A stretch of 63,660 nt of DNA, filler included. It is 4 parts of 4 records of this genome, joined end to end, with 100 filler letters (N's around TTAATTAATTAA, not from the genome) between each part and the next. Parts side by side here need not be neighbours in the genome. Positions count along the whole stretch, not along the records: positions 32,484 to 48,697 come from SRR31156797_293; 3 more parts are not named here. The stretch is one strand, 5' to 3'. Shown here in pieces: positions 41,601 to 48,797 of this stretch. The translations under genes and the position numbers were made by a program. Numbering within the stretch: position 1 is the stretch's first letter; the number at the start of each line of letters is the position of its first letter. The notes beneath the pieces were generated by a model that worked only from the letters and a program-made list of their open reading frames with translations, was not told the DNA's origin and made no database searches.

Positions 41601-42698
41601 GTCGTTAAAAATGTGGTCTGCACGGGCGTCTGTTTTGGCAAAATCCCGAATCAATGCCCACGAACTGATCTCTTCGCTTCTTTCTTTATGCCTGGCGTAA
41701 GTTTCATGCACCGAAGACATGATAACATTCAACCAGCCAAAATTCCTGTTTGCGGAGAGGAATGCGGCTTGCAAGGTGCCTGCCGGATATTCAACCGAGA
41801 CAGGGTCTGCCAATGATTCTTTTATGTGGTTCACGTAACGTCCCACATCGGTAACCTGATTCGGTTCAATGGTTACGCTACTGGCACGACGCAGGTTCGG
41901 TCCGATTTGAATCTGGTCCCTCATACCGAGGGAACAAAGCAACAGGAAGTTCACATAGGGGTGCTGGCTGCGCCAGTTTTCGTGTTTGATAACCTCGGAC
42001 ACCATCAAGAGATATTCATCGTCGATACTGGGTGGAGGATCATCCCGAAGACCACGTTTAAGGTCGCCGGGGGTTTCCACTTCGTCAACAATTACCCAGA
42101 GGTGCCTGATTCCTTTTGGTTCGAGGATTTCCATAACAGCATCAAGCCGCTCTGAATAATCCTGTTCCCCATTCTTTATACAGGTCGTCAATTGTTCAAG
42201 TGAAATGCCTTTGGCATGAAGGGTATTGGTTATGTCCGTATAAAGCGCCTTAACACCGCCGGATTTAACATCACACTCAAGGGTTTGCCGCAGCGCTTCA
42301 ACTGTAAGACGAGCAACCCATGTCGGCGCATCAAGCTCATCATCACAGACGGAGCTGTAACGGATGTAGACCGGAAGCACTCCGTCGGTCAGGGCCGGTT
42401 CAAGCACCCGGGCCTTCTTGTCATTCCTGTTGTACGGAGCGACCACATATTCATGTTCATTCAGCAGCCACTCATCAACCTGGCCGGTTGCTTCACCGAT
42501 AAGTTCATAGCCGAGACGAGTCTTACCGAGCCCCCAGTCTCCGAATGCCACAAAGAATCCTGCAATATCATGGGTTTGACCGTCCCAGAACGATCGCCGG
42601 AACTGATGCAGTGCGTTAAATACTTGATTTTGTCCAACCATGCAGAAACTTGGTGGATAAAGCGCGACTCCTTTTGCTGCCCAAGGTTTCATTATCAT
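38637..42698 (-). CDS. Large (1353 aa) P-loop ATPase: N-terminal AAA+-like domain, long helical/coiled-coil C-terminus
   Basis: MVGQ, Walker A GDWGLGKT (aa 53-60), Walker B LWVIVDEVE, NFLLLCS strand, NLRR (possible Arg finger); GGAGG RBS 9 nt before the ATG. Confidence 0.82.
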   Translation of the reverse strand: MIMKPWAAKGVALYPPSFCMVGQNQVFNALHQFRRSFWDGQTHDIAGFFVAFGDWGLGKTRLGYELIGEATGQVDEWLLNEHEYVVAPYNRNDKKARVLEPALTDGVLPVYIRYSSVCDDELDAPTWVARLTVEALRQTLECDVKSGGVKALYTDITNTLHAKGISLEQLTTCIKNGEQDYSERLDAVMEILEPKGIRHLWVIVDEVETPGDLKRGLRDDPPPSIDDEYLLMVSEVIKHENWRSQHPYVNFLLLCSLGMRDQIQIGPNLRRASSVTIEPNQVTDVGRYVNHIKESLADPVSVEYPAGTLQAAFLSANRNFGWLNVIMSSVHETYARHKERSEEISSWALIRDFAKTDARADHIFNDNAAMPLIGRIKDVSQEIVERVVYGQLPVGVGGTCPNNISPAVAETLLDHEIAGRGKTFAELSMVHIDASTLASELIRPEYGFKPVEGKADTYFTSTCQLSVVGLLEALKAFSVTAGSNKSSEIVIYTDLEQWGEQLTALYPRDGIEFAAEALHRVFLSPEYRVEDSRFLGMAFRLWKEFNKLLNANTESVRFFKDGRFEHTLEEHVKALSGSKAKRTAAVCLGLAKLLDESLEKTATAQALSGISHQGFSSRFMSPSVDGFRVTPDGKLTIAYCLDSDDTIRKLSTYLGTERVHPIIVLFPASADYAAFEGQLDKYPILKRCVLVSRLVVQEEDFLIKYSARGSVFDPQEARLSKVANGLLKSYQDDWISKARTWATKVRQEGYLIAPIWSKPKRIPVADFAKGYRYMLATNNSLDAAHEDHGGPLSDVEFENCRQAAKKNMNPPTAWNYGDLLEILTDYKPRVPRCFFSILRELKTQTSANKLAKNFFFIVPEKEIKSVQQMGQILELMIGLGVVRQTGGDLFRAIDKNQLEIRREAASKWLKNECKNVIKNCEGLFPTQAGILLKASYPDASQKLDDAEKKIKAIDFKILNAPSVHSLTEDTFTDLVAQVLQIEKRILEVCPLDIGSKNVEFECVAAQIGLFERKYDTFSLWEKVSFLSWLKKQFLFKREEILSEINQIIKDSNEFKFASGKPFPIAPLTLPVKAIQNELENALKGMGAPSMTCMATIKAGNYKLLIDQYLVDSKYESAWERLSALADLVTPDMSDSFYSRFVDLRKRWESVIQTFEGTDSVWKQLSDFTKDAPQEILSDLCGIKAEIQKYNGMISGGLESQIQAQCDDTAEDELLTMLENEVDACESKIPPMQQNITDRLDTIKSDLLNIIRRTQLQALNKLLQSERKSIMDEPKPEETYLKTKMAYEAFNTKVISEGNDIFEQSGYPVSFELWADIYKGLSDGTYSEEEHPDHEEAIRALKKMKLIRTRLELR

Positions 42699-42750
42699 TT
42701 CACTGTTCCTCCGCGAGGTTGTTGTTCGCTTTTATCCCTATAACCGTCCC

Positions 42751-43908
42751 TCATGCGGACGGTGTAAATTCAATTTTCAATCGACGGCAGTTACTGTCTC
42801 CAAACAAACCACGTCCCATTCGGGGTTGACCGGTATGATAGGATTCGATGACCAGCCGGTCTTCATACATGGCTTGACGGACAAAACGGTCCAGCGCCGC
42901 TCCCCGTTCTTCAACCGGAGTACGGCAAAGGTCCCCGAATTTATCCGCAAGCGCACTGACAATGATATAACCATCACTATCAGCAGAAAAATTCAATGCC
43001 TCGACAAACAGTTCATCCGTTGTCTTATTCTGATCATGGCTTCCGGCGGATATGCCGAATGATTCGAGCACATCATTTCCCAATAACTGGCAGACCCGAT
43101 CCGTATCAACATGCCAGCCCCGGGCGTCCCGGGAAAAAAGTCCAATATAAAAGAGCAGCCCGAAACTTTTCTTAATGGCGGAAGAAAGATCCTTGACGGA
43201 TGGCCGGTCAACACGGATACCGCACCATTCGATGGGAAGGCTCAACCCGTGTTCCGACAGTTCAGATATCCATACAGGTCCAAGCGCCATCTCCGCATGC
43301 TCTAAAAGCAGGCTATTGAACTGCCGGCAGTCCCTGGATGTGATATCCAGGTTTGAATTATCTTCGGATACAAAGGACATCCGGCTCTTGGGGAATTTGT
43401 TAAAAACGTCAGCCTGCAACGCCCACCCCTTGAGCATCAAACCAAACAACAAGCGAGTTCTCGGTTCCCGAAGGAGAAGATGCCTGGCCAGCAGATGCAG
43501 CCACGTATCCGGCTCCGCGGAGTTCCCATACGCCCGCCCGAGTTCAATACCGGATTCAGAGACCTCAAATCCCGCACCTGTTTTCCTAATAAAATCGAGA
43601 CCATTTACGCACAATTTCCGGCCGAAGCGCTCGAAGCCCATGGCGTTGACAATGCCATCGATTCCACGTCCCCGAGGTTTACCATTTGTCTTAAAGGTCA
43701 AGGTAGGAGTGATATCAAACAACTCCCGTTCGATTTCCTGTCGTGTATAGATACGGCCTTCTTCCGCTCTGGAAAGCGCTTCCGGATACTCCTGATACCT
43801 TGTCGGGTCATTCCACAAAAACAATTTTGGCAAGGCAACTCTGGAAATAATCATGAAACCCTCTGGCATGTTTGCCGGCTCTATCACCCTATCTCCAACC
43901 TTCTTCAT
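42751..43908 (-). CDS. Hypothetical protein (385 aa), probably multiple winged-helix domains
   Basis: Long ORF in the operon, overlapping the upstream gene by 20 nt. Helix-then-hairpin patterns: LDFIRKTGAGFEVSESG, FYIGLFSRDARGWHV, DGYIIVSALADKF. Confidence 0.7.
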   Translation of the reverse strand: MKKVGDRVIEPANMPEGFMIISRVALPKLFLWNDPTRYQEYPEALSRAEEGRIYTRQEIERELFDITPTLTFKTNGKPRGRGIDGIVNAMGFERFGRKLCVNGLDFIRKTGAGFEVSESGIELGRAYGNSAEPDTWLHLLARHLLLREPRTRLLFGLMLKGWALQADVFNKFPKSRMSFVSEDNSNLDITSRDCRQFNSLLLEHAEMALGPVWISELSEHGLSLPIEWCGIRVDRPSVKDLSSAIKKSFGLLFYIGLFSRDARGWHVDTDRVCQLLGNDVLESFGISAGSHDQNKTTDELFVEALNFSADSDGYIIVSALADKFGDLCRTPVEERGAALDRFVRQAMYEDRLVIESYHTGQPRMGRGLFGDSNCRRLKIEFTPSA

Positions 43909-45175
43909 GATAACTTCGATCTGCTGCCCCCTTCACTTTTTGAATCATTCGCTCCTGCAACGACTTACCCGGACGAAACACCGATCGAAGCCTGCCTGCC
44001 ATAAGGGTGGACTGAAAATCGGAGTGAAGAACGATGGTGTCATCAGACTGGTCCAGAATATCCAGAGCCAAAAGGTTCTCCATCATATTGACTACCTGCT
44101 CATCATTCAGGGGGCTGGCCGCAAAACAATCCTGGCATTGAACAAATACAGGCAGCCACTCTTTAAGCAGCCCGATTTTTCCGGTTTCATAAAAGAGCTC
44201 CACCTCGCACAGTTCCGCGCCGGGCCGCAGGTACAGCTCAAAGCTTGATAAAGATACGGCCTTGGCCCGGTAATGGTTAATCGCCAATTGGATTACCGCT
44301 TTGTAAAACGGTTGCTCTATCAGGGCATCCTGAAGGGCGAATTTTGACTTTCCGGCAGTGCTGAAATCCCATAAAGGCTTTCCATTCCCATCGAACAGTG
44401 CGATACCGCTCTGTATCTCCTTCCGCCTGATATTCCATGGCGCGGGCGTTATGTTCATATGCTGTGCGCTACCATGGGCGTCCGGCAACGTGATCACCGG
44501 GAGTATTGCCGGAGTACGGCCCTGGTCATCACTGCTTTCGGGAACGGCATAAGGCACAAACCGTTTCAAAACAAAATCGAAAAGATCCTGGGGGCGTGCA
44601 GTCCGGCCCAGCAGCAATTGATTCCAGCTGTTCAAGGAATCAGGAGTTAGAAATTGGGAGTCAGAATATTTCGACTCCCGGTATCGATTGAATTTTTCGT
44701 TAATTTCATCGCTGGTGCCATCGATCAGTCGATAACCATTGGTTTCAATTTCATCAAGTATCCGGTTAATGGAAGGCAAAAACGGCAACAATTCATTGCC
44801 GGACCATTTCTCCACATCTGCAAGAAGGCCCTGTTTGGCGGCAGAGGCTAGCCCCTCTGCAAGAATGGAAATCAGGTAGTTGCGGTACTCCGGGATTTGA
44901 AACAGGATGGTTCGAACGGCTTTTTCAAAATCTGTTTGAATAAGGCTCCACAACCCGGGAGACAAACTCCACCCACCGGCCCCGTTATCCTCAACGGCCT
45001 GGCGAACAACACCCGCCGTTTCAAAAAGCGCCAACCAGTCCCGACCACCGGCAATGCCATTCAGCTCAAAACGGGAGATCTCACCCAGGGAGACAAGATT
45101 CGTTATGATTTTCCGTGCGGTCTTCAGGTTGAAATTCACGGATCGCACTCCTAGCGCCTCAACCAGATTAGACAC
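43889..45175 (-). CDS. Hypothetical protein (428 aa), probable N- and C-terminal winged-helix domains
   Basis: GTG start overlaps the Schlafen gene by 25 nt. wHTH-like patterns WLALFETAGVVRQ...GWSLS and MENLLALDILDQSDDTIVL. Confidence 0.7.
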   Translation of the reverse strand: MSNLVEALGVRSVNFNLKTARKIITNLVSLGEISRFELNGIAGGRDWLALFETAGVVRQAVEDNGAGGWSLSPGLWSLIQTDFEKAVRTILFQIPEYRNYLISILAEGLASAAKQGLLADVEKWSGNELLPFLPSINRILDEIETNGYRLIDGTSDEINEKFNRYRESKYSDSQFLTPDSLNSWNQLLLGRTARPQDLFDFVLKRFVPYAVPESSDDQGRTPAILPVITLPDAHGSAQHMNITPAPWNIRRKEIQSGIALFDGNGKPLWDFSTAGKSKFALQDALIEQPFYKAVIQLAINHYRAKAVSLSSFELYLRPGAELCEVELFYETGKIGLLKEWLPVFVQCQDCFAASPLNDEQVVNMMENLLALDILDQSDDTIVLHSDFQSTLMAGRLRSVFRPGKSLQERMIQKVKGAADRSYHEEGWR

Positions 45176-46302
45176 TTGAATAAATTTCCAGCCCTGTCAT
45201 CCACGAAATCAATGTTAGGGTAGTTTTCCAGCGCTCTCAATATTCCGGAGCCGTACCCCCGATAAGGGAGAAGCTGATAGGCAAATGATGCCAGTATCGG
45301 ATTTCGTGTGTTTGAATTACCGGCCTTTACATTTTCAACCGTCAAGTTATTGGGAAGATGCCCCGGACTGATAATTTCGATACGGTTGGAAAATACAAAA
45401 ACCCTGACAGGGGCAGATATGAAATAGTCCCGGTGAACAAAGGCATTAACAAGCAGTTCTTCAAAAACAATACGAGGTATCTGAGGTTGTCCCGGACTGT
45501 TGACCGACTGTTCTCCCTGGACATGCCTTATATTGGTCTGAATGAAACCCATGGTCTGCTGAAAAATATCAGCCATTTTACCGGTGATATCCCGGCTGTC
45601 GAGATAGGTGTCGGCTGTTATGCTTTCACCCGGGAATGCGCCGGCTTTTACAATATAGGCAGGCAGCCTGTTTGACGGATTTTTGCTGAAAAGCAACGCC
45701 CCGGTCAGGTTAAGTTCCGCGCCAGAACCCAGGTTCAGGTTGTTGATGGTCTGTTCCAGGGGAAGCTGCTGATTTTCCAGCGTTTCTCCGTAACGTTTCT
45801 TGAAGAACTCACTGAAATAATCCAAATCCAGATCAGCGATGGTCAATCCGCTTGCAGGTGTCTCATCGGCATGAACAAGACCTGAGGATTGAAACAGTCT
45901 CTGTATCTCTTCCCGCGAAGTTGCTCTTCGTTTGTCAGCCCCGCTTTTCACCCAGAACACACCGTTTTTATCCTGGTATGGCTTATTGATGCCCTGGGGT
46001 ATCTCGATAACAAGGATCAAGGTGTCTTGAATTGTCAGAATCTGTGTGGTCGGGTTAATGGCGGGCTTCACATTCTGACTGGCGGCATTGGATATAAGCT
46101 GATTTAAGCGTTGAATATCTGAAGTTTCCAGGCCTGGAATACTTCCATCGTCATCAACGCCGATAAGAATCCTGCCCCCATTCCCGTTGCTGAAGGCAAC
46201 CATTTCAGCCGCCAGCGAATCAGGATTGGTCATATTTTTCTTAAACTGGTGTTCGCTGTCCTCTCCCTGGGACAAGATTTGCATAAGTTCTAGGGTTTCC
46301 AT
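45151..46302 (-). CDS. Schlafen/AlbA_2 domain plus HATPase_c_4-like domain protein
   Basis: GEDSEHQFKK, AFSNGNGGRILIGVDD, ELLVNAFVHRDY, RIEIISPG, RNPILA, GYGSGI. Confidence 0.88.
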   Translation of the reverse strand: METLELMQILSQGEDSEHQFKKNMTNPDSLAAEMVAFSNGNGGRILIGVDDDGSIPGLETSDIQRLNQLISNAASQNVKPAINPTTQILTIQDTLILVIEIPQGINKPYQDKNGVFWVKSGADKRRATSREEIQRLFQSSGLVHADETPASGLTIADLDLDYFSEFFKKRYGETLENQQLPLEQTINNLNLGSGAELNLTGALLFSKNPSNRLPAYIVKAGAFPGESITADTYLDSRDITGKMADIFQQTMGFIQTNIRHVQGEQSVNSPGQPQIPRIVFEELLVNAFVHRDYFISAPVRVFVFSNRIEIISPGHLPNNLTVENVKAGNSNTRNPILASFAYQLLPYRGYGSGILRALENYPNIDFVDDRAGNLFKCLIWLRR

Positions 46303-48697
46303 ATCTGATAAATCTCCTTACGCCGGTTAAAGGCCTCACGACCGCCTTCCATGATGTTGACGATGGTTTTCTGAATGCCACCATTATCCACGCTGCCGCT
46401 CTGAATGGCAATCCTGTCATCCGCAAAGGAACAGGCGTGCACCTGTTCGGCATCTCCCAACACAGGAATATTGGGATTATGGGTCGCAAAAATAAACTGG
46501 ACTTCAGGCTTCATCTTCCGGATCAGTTTGATGACATCCTCGTAAATGGTCTGGTTATCCAGGTCATCTTCCGGCTGGTCAATGATAATCACATCATTTT
46601 CCTGTTGACTCAGCACAAACAGCATCAGGGCAGAGGCCCGCTGGCCAAGGGAATGATGCTGCAATTCTTTTTCCCGGTACCTGATTGTAAATTTATTCGG
46701 CACCTGGTAGGTCAAGGCAATCTTCAGATTCTTCATGATCAAACCGGTCAGCACCTGGGGATTACTGCCGAACAGTTTTTGCGCATTGTCAATATCCTTA
46801 AAAATCGCAATAAAATCCAGGTATTCATCCACGATTTTTTTATACGTGGTTTCACGGATGCCGCTGCCCTTGAACAATTCTTTCATAAATCCAAGAAAAG
46901 ACGGTTTGTCTTCCTTGTAACCCGCCTCAATTGATAATGACGTGTTGTTTTCACCGACTGCGTCGAGTTCCTGTTTTATGATTTGAAATTCCCGGTGCCA
47001 GAGATCATTCAGCTTTTGCAGTTCCCTTTCCAGGGAATCCTCGAATTCCTTTTTTCTGTCTCCCTGCTTTTGAAGCTCCTCCAGCATCCGGGTTGTTGAC
47101 GCAAGTTTTTTTCTTAATGTCAGAAACTCTTCCGAACTGATGTTCTGGCTGCCGTTGCTCCTAAGCTCTTCCGCAAGCTTTCGTTCTATACCGGCAAATT
47201 CATCCACCAGGCTTTTTCTGATTTCATCAAGTTTACCGCGAGTCCCGGCCAGGTTATCTTTTACTTTTTCAGCTTTGGTCAATTCCTGTTTTAACACATC
47301 AACACACTGAACCAGGACATTAAAATCGGCATGGAATTTTTCGAATAATTCGGGATTGTGTTTTGATACGTAACCGCCGAAATTACGGATGTCATCTTCA
47401 TGTTTTGCAATGAATTCCCGCAGATCATCAATAAACAGGCCGGACAGTTCGACCCCTCTTTTCATGGTCCGCATATCGGCATCAAAATCCAGGCGTTTCT
47501 GGAGTTTTTCCTCCACACCATGTGTTTTGTAGAATTGCAGTTTATGTTCGGTATCCTGCTTTATCCCGGTCTGTTCATCGATGTGTTCCTTGACATTTGC
47601 AACTTTGATAAGCCGGTCCACAGCCTTCGCGACAGTTTCCTTTTGCTGATCGATTTCTCGCCTGATGTCATCAAGCTTTGCACCCAGCAGTTTCTCCACC
47701 AGATCCTTTTCAAACCCTTCACCGGTATTGGAAAGATCTTTTTGACCAAAATAGATAGGTTTGTGTATCACAGTCTCCCGAATGGACACCCCAGGCTGCA
47801 TCGTATCGTTAATGAAGACTTCGGAACTGCTTTCCCGAAGAACGCGCCTGATCTCGTAAGATTGGCCGTAACGGTCCACGGCATTGATAATCACCTTGCC
47901 GCCGCTGCCCATGATATAAGCAACCAGTTTATTCTTGTATTCTATGTCACCGGCTTTTTCTCCAAAAGGAATGCCGACAACATAACGCAACACTTCCAGG
48001 ATGGAAGACTTGCCGCTGCCACGAATCCCGATCAGGGTTGTCAGTTCCGGTGAAAATTTTATCTTTTTGCCATCCAAAACTCCCCCTTCAAAACGGATGC
48101 TTCTGATATGGGAGTTTTTGTGCTCTGCGGGTTCCCTGCAAAGACGGCTTTTATAATCAGTCAAAGCGAATTTGACAGCATCAAACGAAAATGCGCCAAG
48201 CTTTAAATAACATTCTTTCCCGTTACCGATCCCTTTAATGGATTTGCAATCCGAACCTTCGACTTCGGCAGGATACCAATCGCCAAGCCAATCCTGAACT
48301 TTTACACGACAAACCCTGTCCGGCACATCATGGGTTCTGACCTTTTGGAAACCGAGAGCCCTGCCCCTAACCGCATTGTACCGGTTCTCCCTGAAATCTC
48401 CAAGTTTGCCGCCCTCCATAGCTTTCCACAGGCCGCTTTTTTGTTCCACATGGGCAAATACCAGGAAATAATCACGGGCCGTCTTTTCCAGTTCTTCAAC
48501 CACCTGAAGAATGTTTTTATCACTTCGGCCATTCTCATGTTGATATTCCGGCTCCGCTTTCCCGGGAAACATGCTGGTAATAAAAGGAGAGATATAGTCA
48601 TACCCGTTCTCCAGCCACTGATCGCTGAAGACAATCAACGTATGAATGCCGTTGGCGCCGTCATTCACTGACAACTCCACACCGGGCAACAGATAAA
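46290..48697 (-). CDS. PHP phosphoesterase fused to an SMC/ABC-type ATPase (Ppl/TrlF-like), 5' truncated by the contig edge
   Basis: PHP motifs LLPGVE, IHTLIVF, FAHVE, GSDC. Walker A GIRGSGKS, coiled coil, signature SLGQR, IIIDQPEDDLDN, ATHN. The frame is open to the linker. Confidence 0.88.
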
Positions 48698-48797
48698 NNN
48701 NNNNNNNNNNNNNNNNNNNNNNNNNNNNNNNNNNNNNNNNNTTAATTAATTAANNNNNNNNNNNNNNNNNNNNNNNNNNNNNNNNNNNNNNNNNNNN
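48698..48797. other. Artificial contig linker
   Basis: N44-TTAATTAATTAA-N44. Confidence 0.98.

Noticed and set aside
40986-41816. Long antisense ORFs (e.g. 276 aa here, 307 aa at 11355-12278, 217 aa at 47400-48053)
   Set aside because: They lie wholly opposite well-supported genes and have no recognisable motifs; shadow ORFs.
32729-48697. Assignment of contig C to BREX/Pgl, MADS, Dnd/Ssp, Nezha or Wadjet
   Set aside because: No PglZ, methyltransferase, PAPS-reductase or cysteine desulfurase, Sir2 or Toprim JetD motif is visible; only individual components are analogous.
48746-48797. ORF-track extension of gcvP through X residues to a stop, suggesting a truncated pseudogene
   Set aside because: The stop lies in the linker; the gene is simply cut by the contig end.
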